This document shows, piece after piece, positions 22,532 to 32,651 of a stretch of DNA of 64,000 nucleotides. The translations under genes and the position numbers were made by a program. Below the pieces are notes generated by a model. The model saw only the letters and a program-made list of their open reading frames with translations, made no database searches and was not told the DNA's origin. This DNA is from Natronospirales bacterium. GTDB taxonomy: Bacteria; Pseudomonadota; Gammaproteobacteria; Natronospirales; JAIVGZ01. Numbering within the stretch: position 1 is the stretch's first letter; each line of letters opens with the position of its first letter. The stretch covers positions 1,764-65,763 of the forward strand of contig JAIVGZ010000004.1 of the NCBI GenBank assembly GCA_020201335.1, read 5' to 3'.

Positions 22532-24292
22532 TCAGATATCTGGACCCTGCCGCTCGATGATCCACGCCCGCATCTTGGCCTCCAAGGCTGATAGCGGCAT
22601 CGCGCCGTCCTTCAGCAGGTGGTCGTGGAAGGCCCGGATGTCAAAGCCCTGGCCGATTGCCTCCTCGGCGTCGCGGCGCAGGCGACGCATCAGCATCTCA
22701 CCGGTCTTGTAGGCGAGCGCCTGGCCCGGCCACGACACGTAGCGGGCGACTTCGGTGCGCACGTTCAGTGGCGCGAGGGCCGAATTCTCCAGCAGGCACG
22801 CCTCCGCCCGCTCGACAGTCCAGCCGTAGTAATGGATGCCGGTATCGACCACCAGCCGGCATGCGCGCCACATCTCGAAGGTCAGACGGCCGAAGTGCTC
22901 ATACGGGGTCCGGTAGATGCCCATGTCGATCGCGAGGTTCTCTGTATAAAGACCCCAGCCTTCGCCGAACGCGGTGATGTAGGTGCGGCGTCTGAAGTCG
23001 GGCACGCCCTCGAGTTCCTGCGCAAGCGAGATTTGGTGGTGATGCCCCGGCACCCCCTCGTGCACGGTCAACGCGGGCAGTTCGTACAGCGGTCGCTGGT
23101 CGAGCGCATAGGTGTTGACGAGATAGCCGCCGGCGATGCCTTGTTCGAGATTACCGCCCCAGTAGCGTCCGGTGGTGTAGGTCGGCGCGATTGACGCCGG
23201 CACCGGGCGTACGCCGTACGGCAGCCGCGGCAGCTTGCCGAAGAAGCGCGGCATCTGGTCGTCCGCGAGCTTGGCCAGACGCGCCGCGTGCATCAGCAGC
23301 AGCTCCTCGCTCTCGGCATAGAACTGTGGGTCGGTCCGCAGGAAGTCGAGAAACTCGGCGAACGAGCCTTCGAAGCCGGTTTCCGCAATCACCGACTCCA
23401 TTTCTGCACGGATGCGCGCAACTTCGGCGAGGCCGGCTTGGTGAACCTGCTCGGGGGTCTGGTTGAGCGTCGTGTGGAAACGCACGAGCGCTTCGTAGTA
23501 CGCGCGGCCGCCCGGTACTTCCGAAATGCCGACGCTCGCGCGCGGCGCAGCCATGTACTCCCCTTCGAAGAACGCGAGAACTTCACCATAGGCCGGCAGC
23601 ACTTGGTCATGCAGCACGGCGACGCCTTCCGCCTGCAGCCGCGTGCGCTCCGCTTCCGGCAGCGCGGCCGGCAGTTCGCGTAATGGTGTGAAGAGTTCAC
23701 TGTCCTCGGGTGCGGCACTCGCGATGCCCCGCATCTGGTCGGCGACGCCGGGCAGGATGTGCGCAGGCTGCGTCCAGCCGCTCTCAAGACCGCGCCGCAT
23801 CCACGCGACCTGTTCATCAAGCCAGGCCGGCAATGCCTGGAGGCGCGCAAGCCAGGCTTCTCCGTCCGCCACCGTACGGATCCGCGTATTCGTCGCGACC
23901 TGTAGCGGGACGGTGTGGAAACCCGAGTCATTGAGGAAGGGCATACGCTCGGATTCGAACGGCGCGAGTTCGACCTCCGAGCGCAGTACATATTCGAGGA
24001 TGCCGTGGCTGACCTGCGCGCCAGCGTCTAGCCCGGTGGGGTCAATCGCCTGCAGGCGTTCAAGAAAACCAGCCATTGCAGCGTTTCCGGCGGCGACCGC
24101 GTCCGGCGACCGGTCGGGCCAGCGGCGGGCGGCTTCGGCGTCACCCTCCCGCCCTGCACGAATCGGGTTGCTCGCCAACTGGTATGCCTCGTAGTCGGCG
24201 ACCAAGTCTTGGAACGGACCGGCGGGCGGGGTGGTCGCGCATCCGGCAAGGATCGCGCCGGCGGCAAGGACGGCAGTCAGTCGCATCGACAT
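22532..24292 (-). CDS. DUF885 family lipoprotein (second paralog)
   Basis: Lipobox LAGC; HEGVPGHH, FGEGWGLYTE, RACRLVVDTGIH and PGQALAYKTG motifs. Confidence 0.92.
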   Translation of the reverse strand: MSMRLTAVLAAGAILAGCATTPPAGPFQDLVADYEAYQLASNPIRAGREGDAEAARRWPDRSPDAVAAGNAAMAGFLERLQAIDPTGLDAGAQVSHGILEYVLRSEVELAPFESERMPFLNDSGFHTVPLQVATNTRIRTVADGEAWLARLQALPAWLDEQVAWMRRGLESGWTQPAHILPGVADQMRGIASAAPEDSELFTPLRELPAALPEAERTRLQAEGVAVLHDQVLPAYGEVLAFFEGEYMAAPRASVGISEVPGGRAYYEALVRFHTTLNQTPEQVHQAGLAEVARIRAEMESVIAETGFEGSFAEFLDFLRTDPQFYAESEELLLMHAARLAKLADDQMPRFFGKLPRLPYGVRPVPASIAPTYTTGRYWGGNLEQGIAGGYLVNTYALDQRPLYELPALTVHEGVPGHHHQISLAQELEGVPDFRRRTYITAFGEGWGLYTENLAIDMGIYRTPYEHFGRLTFEMWRACRLVVDTGIHYYGWTVERAEACLLENSALAPLNVRTEVARYVSWPGQALAYKTGEMLMRRLRRDAEEAIGQGFDIRAFHDHLLKDGAMPLSALEAKMRAWIIERQGPDI

Positions 24293-24343
24293 CGGTTGGC
24301 TCCGGTGTGGGACGAGCCGCCATGGTACTGCTAATCTATGCGC

Positions 24344-24700
24344 ATGAAACACAAGCTGCTTATGGCCCTCGCGCTCGCCGCCACCACCGGCGGCGTGCAC
24401 GCACAACCCGTGTGCCCGACGAACATTGAGGTGCGGGTCGCTGCGTCGCTGCTGCCCGACGGACGCCCGCTCACGGTCCACGCGCAGTGGCTCGCCGATT
24501 GGCAGGGTGTGGTCAGCAATGCGCGCGTAGACAACGTGATTACCGGACCTGACCGCCCGCGCGGCGAGATGCACCCGCAGCTGCGGCGCGCGATTCAGCA
24601 CGCGATTGATGAGCAGGTACGCTGCAGCCCTCGCGCTGAAGGTGAGTCCTCCGTGACTTACCCGTTCGTGCGTGACGTCACGGTGCGACCGGGCGGGTAA
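24344..24700 (+). CDS. Small secreted hypothetical protein with two Cys
   Basis: Signal peptide ending VHA-Q; TAATCT 6 nt before ATG 24344. Confidence 0.55.
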   Translation: MKHKLLMALALAATTGGVHAQPVCPTNIEVRVAASLLPDGRPLTVHAQWLADWQGVVSNARVDNVITGPDRPRGEMHPQLRRAIQHAIDEQVRCSPRAEGESSVTYPFVRDVTVRPGG

Positions 24701-24721
24701 ACAGCGTCGTCGCTGTCTGAC

Positions 24722-25129
24722 TCAGTGCAGCATCGAGGTGATTGGGTAGGCGCTGCCCAGCGCCTGCGCGCGACAGCGCTCAAGGTAGGTAACGAGGTCC
24801 GCGAGCTGGCGTGGGCGGCCCAGCATCCCGGCGGGCACATCCTGTAGGTCGTCGTTGAATTCCAGCATCCAGGTGCGCATCGCGACCGGGTCGCCGGCCG
24901 CGAACTCCTCAAGCGCTTTGCACAGCCTGATGAGCAGCACGCAGTCGCCCCAGCGAGGGTCGTCGGGGTCGAGGCGTCGCGCATCACAGTCGAATGCGGC
25001 GATCTCGTGCAGCGCGAGGCCGGTTGCCGCGGCAAGTTGTTCGCGGCGCAGCCCAAGCCGAGCGGCGGACCTAAGCAGGGCGCGCGTCATCACGGCGCGG
25101 CGGCGAATCGTGGTGGCGTCTTCGTTCAT
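24722..25129 (-). CDS. Xre/MbcA/ParS-type antitoxin (DUF2384-like), no adjacent toxin
   Basis: TRALLRSAARLGL HTH, LLIRLCKAL and WM..FNDDL..VP..L..LVTYLE pattern. Confidence 0.75.
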   Translation of the reverse strand: MNEDATTIRRRAVMTRALLRSAARLGLRREQLAAATGLALHEIAAFDCDARRLDPDDPRWGDCVLLIRLCKALEEFAAGDPVAMRTWMLEFNDDLQDVPAGMLGRPRQLADLVTYLERCRAQALGSAYPITSMLH

Positions 25130-25200
25130 GGTTCTTTTTCTAGACCGATGCGGTGCGTGGCACCGGACCTGCGTCACAGAACCGCTGTATCATATTTCCC

Positions 25201-26004
25201 ATGAAAATTCGGCGACGCGTATTCGCGCTGCTTGAACGGCCGCCGCGCGGCAACCGCGCCGCCGCATTCATCCAGCACACAATCATCGTGCTGATCATCG
25301 TCAGCGTCGCGGCGCTGGTCGTCGAGACCGTGCAGCCGCTGGGCACCGATTACCGGGCTTGGTTCCTGTGGATCGAGTGGATTACGGTTGCAGTCTTTAC
25401 CGTCGAAATCGTGCTGCGCGTGTGGGCGGCGGGCGAGCACCCGCACTACATTGGGCTGCGCGGGCGTATCCGCTACATGTTCCGACCACTGCCACTGCTC
25501 GACATCCTGGCGGTGTTGCCTTTCTACCTGACGTTCGCCACGGTCGACCTACGCTACCTGCGCGTGTTCCGTGTGATGCGCGTGCTCCGCCTCGCGAAGC
25601 TTGCACGGTACTCGGCCGCAATGCGCGCGCTCGGGCGGGTCGTCGTGTCGCGGCGCTTCGAGCTCGGGGTCGCGCTCGCGCTCGGTTTCTTGCTGTTACT
25701 GATTGCGTCCGCTTTGATGTACTTCGTTGAACACGAAACGCAGCCGGAAGCGTTCAAAAGCATCCCAGCGACGATGTGGTGGGCAATCGCGACGCTGACG
25801 ACCGTCGGATACGGAGACCTCGCCCCAATTACCAGCGTCGGACGCATGCTCGGCGGCGTTATCGCTGTGATCGGTATCGGCATGTTCGCGTTGCCGACCG
25901 CCATACTCGGCGCCGCATTCGTTGACGAGCTGAAGCAAATCAGCGCCCGCAAGGCGGGCAATGGCGCGTGCCCGACCTGTGGGCGCTCACACGGACCGGA
26001 ATAG
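25201..26004 (+). CDS. Voltage-gated potassium channel (6TM ion transport protein)
   Basis: S4 helix LRYLRVFRVMRVLRLAKLARY; selectivity filter TLTTVGYGD; C-terminal CPTC. Confidence 0.93.
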   Translation: MKIRRRVFALLERPPRGNRAAAFIQHTIIVLIIVSVAALVVETVQPLGTDYRAWFLWIEWITVAVFTVEIVLRVWAAGEHPHYIGLRGRIRYMFRPLPLLDILAVLPFYLTFATVDLRYLRVFRVMRVLRLAKLARYSAAMRALGRVVVSRRFELGVALALGFLLLLIASALMYFVEHETQPEAFKSIPATMWWAIATLTTVGYGDLAPITSVGRMLGGVIAVIGIGMFALPTAILGAAFVDELKQISARKAGNGACPTCGRSHGPE

Positions 26005-26010
26005 CTGCCG

Positions 26011-26112
26011 CTATTTGGCTGCTTTCTTCGCCCGCTTCGCGGCCTGCTTTTCCTTCAGCGTCATCTTCGGCGCTTTCTTCGTTTCGCGCTTAGTGTCTTT
26101 CGATTTGGCCAT
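26011..26112 (-). CDS. 33-aa Lys-rich small protein
   Basis: GAGGG RBS; MAKSKDTKRETKKAPKMTLKEKQAAKRAKKAAK*; follows nfeD; below the ORF-track length cutoff. Confidence 0.7.
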   Translation of the reverse strand: MAKSKDTKRETKKAPKMTLKEKQAAKRAKKAAK

Positions 26113-26126
26113 TGCATTTCCCTCGT

Positions 26127-26573
26127 TTAGTTTTGTTGTTCAACCTGCATGACGATGCCATCGACGCCGACGACCCGCACCGGCGTGCCGACCGGCAGGT
26201 CGGCGCCACTGACTTTCCACATCGTATCGCCGATGCGGATTTTGCCGGAACCGTTCACGATGGCGGTATCGAGCGTGTAAACCTTCCCGACGTAATGTTG
26301 CCCGCGCTCGTTCAGGTGCGGCTGGTCTGATACCTCGGGGTGCTTGTCTCGCCACGCGCGCCAGCCCCAGATGCTGCCCACCGCGGCGACCGCGAATATC
26401 AGGAGCTGCGCTTCGAACGGCATGCCGGGCCACAGGAACACCAGTAAGCCGACGAGCGCAGCGGCGATGCCGAGCCACAGCAGGTAGAAGCCCGGCAGCA
26501 GCATCTCGGCGATTAGCAGTAGCAGCGCGCCGATGCCCCAAGTCCAGAAGTTCAGCGGTTCGATCGGGATCAT
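26127..26573 (-). CDS. NfeD/YbbJ family membrane protein
   Basis: EMLLPGFYLLWLG, LNERG and GKIRIGDTMWKV (OB fold) motifs. Confidence 0.9.
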   Translation of the reverse strand: MIPIEPLNFWTWGIGALLLLIAEMLLPGFYLLWLGIAAALVGLLVFLWPGMPFEAQLLIFAVAAVGSIWGWRAWRDKHPEVSDQPHLNERGQHYVGKVYTLDTAIVNGSGKIRIGDTMWKVSGADLPVGTPVRVVGVDGIVMQVEQQN

Positions 26574-26577
26574 CGCA

Positions 26578-27489
26578 TCACCCCTTCGGTTGCAGCACGG
26601 CCTTGGCGATTTCACCAATGCCGCCGATGCTGCCGAGGAGGTTGGTCGCCTCGAGCGGCAGGAACACGACCTTGTGATTCTGCGAGGTCGCCATGAACTT
26701 CAGCGACTCGACGTACTTGGTCGCGACGAAATAGTTAATCGCCTGGATGTCGCCCTTCGCGATTGCTTCAGACACCATCCGGGTCGCGTTGGCTTCAGCC
26801 TCGGCGAGCCGTTCACGCGCTGCGGCGTCGCGCTGCGCGGCCTCAAGCCGGCCTTCGGCGTCGAGAACTGCTGCCTGCTTCTCACCCTCGGCCTTCAGGA
26901 TTTCCGCTGCGCGGAAGCCCTCGGCTTCCAGGATGTTCGCGCGCTTCTGGCGCTCGGCCGTCATCTGGCGGGCCATCGCTTCGACCAGGTTGGCCGGTGG
27001 CTTGATGTCCTTGATCTCGATACGCGTGACCTTCACACCCCATGGCGTTGTCGCGTCGTCGACGACGACCAGCAATTGCGTATTGATCTGGTCGCGCTTC
27101 GACAATGACTCGTCGAGGTCCATCGAACCGAGCACCGTGCGGATGTTGGTCATCGTCAGGTTCAGCATCGCCGTTTCGAGGTCGCGCACTTCGTACGCGG
27201 CCTTCGCGATCTCGATGATTTGGTAGAACACGACCGCGTCGACCCGGACGACGGCGTTGTCCTTAGTGATGACGTCCTGTGAGGGGACATCGAGGACCTG
27301 TTCCATCTTGTTGATGCGGTGCCCAATGCGGTCGACGTACGGGATGATCAGGCCGAGGCCCGGCTTCAACGTGCGCAGGTAACGGCCGAAGCGTTCGACC
27401 GTGTACTCAAAGCCCTGGGGCACGACCGTCGCCCCCATGTACAGCGTGATGACCGCGAAGGCCAGAAACACCCACAGGAAGGTAGACAT
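26578..27489 (-). CDS. qmcA: SPFH/band-7 protein (QmcA-like)
   Basis: VERFGRY, QDVITKDNA, WGVKVTRIEIKDI and QMTAERQKRA motifs. Confidence 0.92.
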   Translation of the reverse strand: MSTFLWVFLAFAVITLYMGATVVPQGFEYTVERFGRYLRTLKPGLGLIIPYVDRIGHRINKMEQVLDVPSQDVITKDNAVVRVDAVVFYQIIEIAKAAYEVRDLETAMLNLTMTNIRTVLGSMDLDESLSKRDQINTQLLVVVDDATTPWGVKVTRIEIKDIKPPANLVEAMARQMTAERQKRANILEAEGFRAAEILKAEGEKQAAVLDAEGRLEAAQRDAAARERLAEAEANATRMVSEAIAKGDIQAINYFVATKYVESLKFMATSQNHKVVFLPLEATNLLGSIGGIGEIAKAVLQPKG

Positions 27490-27535
27490 TAGAGAGCCCC
27501 CAAGCTCGTCCGTGACGTCCTGAGTATAGGGGCGG

Positions 27536-28219
27536 CTAGCCTAGCTGTCTTGTCTGCGAGTTGGACCCGTAGGCGTGGTGCACCAGGCTGCGCAGGTGAC
27601 GCACAACCGTCTCGAGGTGCGCTGCGGCGCTGCGGGTCGCGGCGCCGTGGCCGGGATGCACGAGTGTCGGGAGGAGCCTGCGCGCGGCCGCAGCCGCCTC
27701 GGCAACCGTTTCGGGCAGCGCGCGCGGCGGGGTGCTTAGGCGCCGGTCCGCTTCGACGACCGCGTGGTGCAGCGTGTCGACCTCAATCAGCAGCGAGGCG
27801 ATGATGCAATACGCGTCAAGCGCCGCCAGACTCTCCGGCCCCGGGTGGTGCGGATCGGCGAAATAAGTCGAGAGGATGCCGAGCGCACCGAACTCACTGT
27901 CGACCAGCGGCGTGGACTGCACCGAGCGGAAGCCGGCGGCGCGCGCGACCGGGCGCTGCGGCGCGAACGCAATGTCGGTCTCGATGTCGCGGATCACGAC
28001 GCGCCGCCGTTCAGTTAATGCCTGCGCGTAGCTCGTCACCGTCCCGTAGACCATGCCGTCGAACTGCGTGAAGTAGGCGGCGTTGAGGCCGGTCCACTCG
28101 ACGATGTGCAGGGCGCCTTCCGAGGTCAGCAGCCGGACGCACCCGCCGGCCGCATTGTCGACGGCTACCGCGGCTTGTAACACATAGGACAGGTCAGACT
28201 TCGTCGGGAGGCGGTACAT
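27536..28219 (-). CDS. Stand-alone GAF-domain protein
   Basis: RRVVIRDIETD..FAP, AGFRSVQSTPL and LGILSTYF motifs. Confidence 0.8.
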   Translation of the reverse strand: MYRLPTKSDLSYVLQAAVAVDNAAGGCVRLLTSEGALHIVEWTGLNAAYFTQFDGMVYGTVTSYAQALTERRRVVIRDIETDIAFAPQRPVARAAGFRSVQSTPLVDSEFGALGILSTYFADPHHPGPESLAALDAYCIIASLLIEVDTLHHAVVEADRRLSTPPRALPETVAEAAAAARRLLPTLVHPGHGAATRSAAAHLETVVRHLRSLVHHAYGSNSQTRQLG

Positions 28220-28352
28220 GGGCGCTTAAGATAGCTGAACCGACTCTGATAGGAGATAGGGTAAGACCCCTAGCCGACGCACACCATATATCTTTACGGG
28301 GAATTTACCGGAGCTTTAAAGGTCTTGGGTGTTGTCCGTGGTCTGATGCGCC

Positions 28353-30602
28353 ATGGCCGTTCACCCATATCGCCGTCTCGCGGCGCCACTCTTCGCATGC
28401 GCATTCGCGCTCTCCGCGTGCGGTGGCGACGGCGATACCACATCGGTGCCCAACACCGGCACGAAGGCAGGGCTGCCGGCGCTCGCAGGCACGCTGTTGC
28501 CCGCCATCGCGACTGCAACCGACAGCGACGTCAATGACCCCGCGGCGCCGCGTACGCCGAACGACAGCTACGCGGCGGCGCAACGCATCGCGAACCCGGT
28601 CTCGCTCGGCGGCTATGCGAGTGTGGATACAGATCCGGATGATGTGTTTGCGGTGACGCTTGAGGGCGGCGAGACGCTGACGCTGCGCATCGCCGACGAG
28701 CACGCGGACCTCGACCTGTACTTGGTCGATGCAGGCGAGCAAGTTGTCGACGCCGCACTCGACCCGGCCGCGCGTGAACGCGTGCTGACCGCGCCGGCCG
28801 CAGGCGAGCATTACTTGATTGTGCGCGCGTACGCTGGCGCGTCGAACTACCTTTTGACAGTCGACCGCGCCACCCGCATCGCATCGGGCTGGCACCTGTC
28901 GGACCCGTTCATCGCCGGTGACATCATTTTCCGCTTCCATGGCGGCGCCACCGGCAGCGCACCCGCTTCGCTGCGCGCACACGCGCGCGCGTCTGGGTGG
29001 CTGCGCGGTCGTGGCCACGAGATCGGCGAGCGCAACCTGCTTGTGACGCGCTCCGAGTTGCCCGCGTCACACGCAGCGGCGCCGAACGCGCTGAAGCACG
29101 GAATCATCGACGCCTGGGCGCTGGATGCGGAACCGCGAGCGAAGCTCGACACGCTGCTCGCATTGAAGGCGCTGTACCACGACCCCGAGGTTGCGGATGC
29201 GCAGCCGAACTACCGGTACCGGCTCAACACGTCCGACCCGATGGCAGACAGTCAGTGGCAGTACCCGTTGATCAATGTAGCCGATGCGTGGCAGCTGACG
29301 ACCGGCACCGACGTGGTCGTCGCCGTGCTCGACAGCGGCGTCGTGCTGGCGCACCCAGACCTCGCCGGCCAGTTGCTGTCTGGGCACGACTTCATGCTCG
29401 ATGTCCCCGAAGGGGACGACCCCGGCCATAGCCCGCGTCCGTCAGGCGGTAGCGCGTTCCACGGTACGCACGTCGCCGGTATTGTTGGCGCGCTTGCGGG
29501 CAACGGAATCGGTATCGCGGGCATCGCGCACGGCGCGCGCATTCTGCCGATACGCGTCTGCGACGACGAGACTTGTCCGGCGTACGCGATCGAGCAGGGG
29601 CTGCGCTTTGCGGCTGGCCTGCCGAATGACGCCGGCCGCACGCCGGCGCGCATCGCGCAGGTCGCCAACCTGAGCTTCGGCCGCGAGGGCGGGTCGAGCA
29701 GCCGCGAGCAGAAACTGTTCACGAACCTGCACAGCCGCGGTATCGCCGTCGTCGCAGCGGCCGGAAACGAAAACAGCAACGCGCGCTATTACCCAGCCGC
29801 TTATCTGAATGTGATGGCCGTCGGTGCAACAGACGCGCGGGGTGCACGCGCGCCGTATTCGAACTACGGAAGTTGGATTGACCTCGTCGCGCCGGGTGGT
29901 GACCCAACGCGCGACCGCAACGGCGACGGTATCCCAGACTCGATTCTCAGTACTGCGGCGAGAGACAGCGATGGCACGGTCCACCCGAACTATCGCTTTA
30001 TGTATGGCACCTCGGTCGCGACGCCGCATGTGGCGGCGACCCTCGCGCTGATGAAGGCGGTCGCGCCCGCGCTGACCCCGGCTGACATTGCGCAACTGCT
30101 GCAAGCCGGTGCGCTGACCGACGACATAGGCGCGCCCGGTCGTGACGACCTGTTCGGCCATGGGCAGGTCAATGTATACAAGGCAGTGCTCGCCGCGCGT
30201 GACTTCGTCGGTCTGCCGCCCGCTGCGGCGGAGCCAGAGAATTCGGGGCCGGTCGACGCCGACGCGGCTGAGGCTGCCGCCCCTGGCGGCGCTCACCTCG
30301 GCCGACAGTACGTCTTGCTGGTCGATCCTGGGAGCTTCGCCACGCGCTACATGACGGTTGCCGAAGCGCAATCCGACGGCAGCTACCAGTACCGCTTCCG
30401 CGAAGTCGTCCCGGGGACCTACTTGCTCGTCGCTGGCGCGGACCACGACGGCAACAGGCGTATCTGCGAGGCGGGCGAGCCCTGCGGCGGGTTCCGGGCG
30501 TTGTCAGCGCCGGTCCTCATCGATGTCGCCGCCGCCGATATCTTCATGGACCCCGTGCTGCTGCAGCACCGCGCCAACCCGGACCGCAGCTACAGCCGCT
30601 AA
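28353..30602 (+). CDS. S8 subtilase lipoprotein with N-terminal PPC domain
   Basis: Lipobox LSAC; catalytic triad in VLDSG, FHGTHVAG and GTSVATPHV; oxyanion AAAGNE. Confidence 0.93.
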   Translation: MAVHPYRRLAAPLFACAFALSACGGDGDTTSVPNTGTKAGLPALAGTLLPAIATATDSDVNDPAAPRTPNDSYAAAQRIANPVSLGGYASVDTDPDDVFAVTLEGGETLTLRIADEHADLDLYLVDAGEQVVDAALDPAARERVLTAPAAGEHYLIVRAYAGASNYLLTVDRATRIASGWHLSDPFIAGDIIFRFHGGATGSAPASLRAHARASGWLRGRGHEIGERNLLVTRSELPASHAAAPNALKHGIIDAWALDAEPRAKLDTLLALKALYHDPEVADAQPNYRYRLNTSDPMADSQWQYPLINVADAWQLTTGTDVVVAVLDSGVVLAHPDLAGQLLSGHDFMLDVPEGDDPGHSPRPSGGSAFHGTHVAGIVGALAGNGIGIAGIAHGARILPIRVCDDETCPAYAIEQGLRFAAGLPNDAGRTPARIAQVANLSFGREGGSSSREQKLFTNLHSRGIAVVAAAGNENSNARYYPAAYLNVMAVGATDARGARAPYSNYGSWIDLVAPGGDPTRDRNGDGIPDSILSTAARDSDGTVHPNYRFMYGTSVATPHVAATLALMKAVAPALTPADIAQLLQAGALTDDIGAPGRDDLFGHGQVNVYKAVLAARDFVGLPPAAAEPENSGPVDADAAEAAAPGGAHLGRQYVLLVDPGSFATRYMTVAEAQSDGSYQYRFREVVPGTYLLVAGADHDGNRRICEAGEPCGGFRALSAPVLIDVAAADIFMDPVLLQHRANPDRSYSR

Positions 30603-30650
30603 CGGCTTGCCAACCCGGTAAGATGACGGTCTGGAACCGGAGGACCGTCC

Positions 30651-31526
30651 ATGAGCATCCCGGAGAAAGCCTGGTACAACTCGCCACTGCGCATGCTCGC
30701 GGTCGTGATCGCCGCCGCGGTGCTGCTCGGCGTCTCGTTCTGGGGTGGCCTCGACCGCGAAGGCGAGAAGGTTACCAACGAACTCCTGATGAAGGGCACC
30801 ATTACCTACGCGGTCACACGGGCGGCGATGGCGGGCCTCAGCGTCGTCGAAGAAATCGAGATTAGCGCAGCGGTCGTGTCCGGCAAGCCGTTCCGCGTAC
30901 TGCGACCGCTGATCGACCTGCTCGACCGCTTCTCGAGCGTGCTGTTCTTCTCGATCTCGTCGCTCGCGCTACTGAAGCTTCTGACCTATCTGTTCGGCAC
31001 CGCAGCGTTCTCACTCCTGTACGCGGGCGTCGTCGCTGCGGTCGTACTGCTGTTCATCGTGATGCCGCCGTACAAGCAGAAGCTGATGGAGTACTGGCCG
31101 TGGCGCGTGTTCCTCGTCGCCACCGTGATCCGTTTCGCATTCGTGCTGATCGTCGGCCTCAACTTCCTCACGCACCAGGTGTTCCTCGCCGAGCGGCAGG
31201 AAGCGGCGATGGCCGAGCTCGAGCACCGCGCCGGCATCGTCGAGTCGATTTCCGGTGAGATCATGACGATCTCGACGCCGGGTGCAGACCGCAGTGCTAC
31301 GCCGCAGCGCGTCGAGCCGGCGCCTGCCGAGCCACAAGCCGGCTTCTTCGAACGCTGGGGTCAGCGCCTGAGCCCGACGCGTCTGCTCGAAGACCTGAAG
31401 GTAAAGGCCGACGCGGTCGTCGACTCGGTGATCGACATCACCGTGCTGTTCCTGTTGCAGGCGGTCGTGATTCCGCTGTTGTTCTTCTGGTGCATCGTCA
31501 ATCTGCTCAGGCGCCTGTCGCCCTGA
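30651..31526 (+). CDS. Hypothetical multi-pass membrane protein
   Basis: GGAGG RBS, several hydrophobic helices and genome-typical codon use. Confidence 0.75.
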   Translation: MSIPEKAWYNSPLRMLAVVIAAAVLLGVSFWGGLDREGEKVTNELLMKGTITYAVTRAAMAGLSVVEEIEISAAVVSGKPFRVLRPLIDLLDRFSSVLFFSISSLALLKLLTYLFGTAAFSLLYAGVVAAVVLLFIVMPPYKQKLMEYWPWRVFLVATVIRFAFVLIVGLNFLTHQVFLAERQEAAMAELEHRAGIVESISGEIMTISTPGADRSATPQRVEPAPAEPQAGFFERWGQRLSPTRLLEDLKVKADAVVDSVIDITVLFLLQAVVIPLLFFWCIVNLLRRLSP

Positions 31527-31533
31527 TGGAGGT

Positions 31534-32415
31534 CTAGGTTGACGCGTACGACGCGCCGTCGATCACGAAGCGGTATTTGACGTCGCTCTTCAGCATGCGC
31601 TCGTAGGCGTCGTTGACCGTCATCGTGCCGTCGCGCTTCAGGAGCTGCGTGTACGCGTCGAGGTCGTGGCTCGCGGCGACGGTGTTCAGGATGAAGTCGA
31701 AGCTGTTCGCGTGCGCCTTCATCTCCTGCTTGTTCCGCGATACAACCACTTCGTCGGCGCCGAGCGCTGCGGCGTCCGCGCGTTTGGCCTCCGATGTGGT
31801 GAAGCCGACGGTGTGGGCGCCCAGCGCGTGCGCAATCTTGATGCCCATGTGGCCGAGCCCGCCAATGCCGACAATGCCGACCTTCTTTCCGGGGCCGACT
31901 TTCCAGTGCCGCAGCGGCGAGTAAGTCGTGATGCCGGCGCAGAGCAGCGGTGCGACTGCGGCGAGCTGCTCTTTGGGGTGGGTGACTTTTAGTACGAAAT
32001 CCTGGCCGACGACGATTGATTGCGAGTATCCGCCGAGCGTGTGCCCCGGTGGGTCGTCGGTCGCACTGTTGTAGGTCGCGACGAGCCCGTTCTCGCAATA
32101 CTGCTCGAGGCCCTCATCGCACGCACTGCAGCGCCGGCAGCTGTCCACGAGGCAGCCGACCCCCACGGTGTCGCCTTCCCGGTAGCGGGTGACCTCGCTG
32201 CCGACCGCGGTCACCTGGCCGACGATCTCGTGTCCGGGCACGCACGGGAAGCGCGTGCCGGCCCATTCGCCGCGGACGGTGTGCAGGTCGGAGTGGCAGA
32301 TGCCGCAGTAGGCGATTGCAATCTCAACATCGCGCGGACCGGGCTCGCGGCGTTCGATGGCGAGTGGCTCGAGCGGGCGGTCGGCGGCGTGTGCGCCGTA
32401 GGCTTTGGTGTTCAT
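31534..32415 (-). CDS. Zn/NADP-dependent alcohol dehydrogenase (YahK/CAD type) with an in-frame internal deletion
   Basis: CGICHSD, GHEIVG, GIGGLG and DVKYRFVID motifs. The ~55-aa segment normally between DGTMT and the NxAYERM motif is missing. Confidence 0.85.
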   Translation of the reverse strand: MNTKAYGAHAADRPLEPLAIERREPGPRDVEIAIAYCGICHSDLHTVRGEWAGTRFPCVPGHEIVGQVTAVGSEVTRYREGDTVGVGCLVDSCRRCSACDEGLEQYCENGLVATYNSATDDPPGHTLGGYSQSIVVGQDFVLKVTHPKEQLAAVAPLLCAGITTYSPLRHWKVGPGKKVGIVGIGGLGHMGIKIAHALGAHTVGFTTSEAKRADAAALGADEVVVSRNKQEMKAHANSFDFILNTVAASHDLDAYTQLLKRDGTMTVNDAYERMLKSDVKYRFVIDGASYAST

Positions 32416-32651
32416 GCGGCCATGCTAGTCGCTATGCTCGACCATCTCCACCCAGCCAGAGCACAGGGTGAAATAGTCCGTGCGCGCGGCCCGCGCGTGT
32501 AGGTCATCAGGGGTTGATTCGACAATAACTCAGGGATATTGCCGTACGTTCGGCGAATCGTTAAGTGCCGTTGTCGTAGTGCAGGTGGACGCGTGTTCGC
32601 GGTTCCGGTGAAACCTCGACTGCGCACTGAGCGCCCGGTGCCTATTGTCGA

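Noticed and set aside
25158-25172. Possible sigma54 promoter TGGCACCGGACCTGC upstream of the K+ channel
   Set aside because: The GG-N10-GC spacing is correct but the -12 element deviates, and a sigma70-type TATCAT explains the start equally well. Too weak to call.
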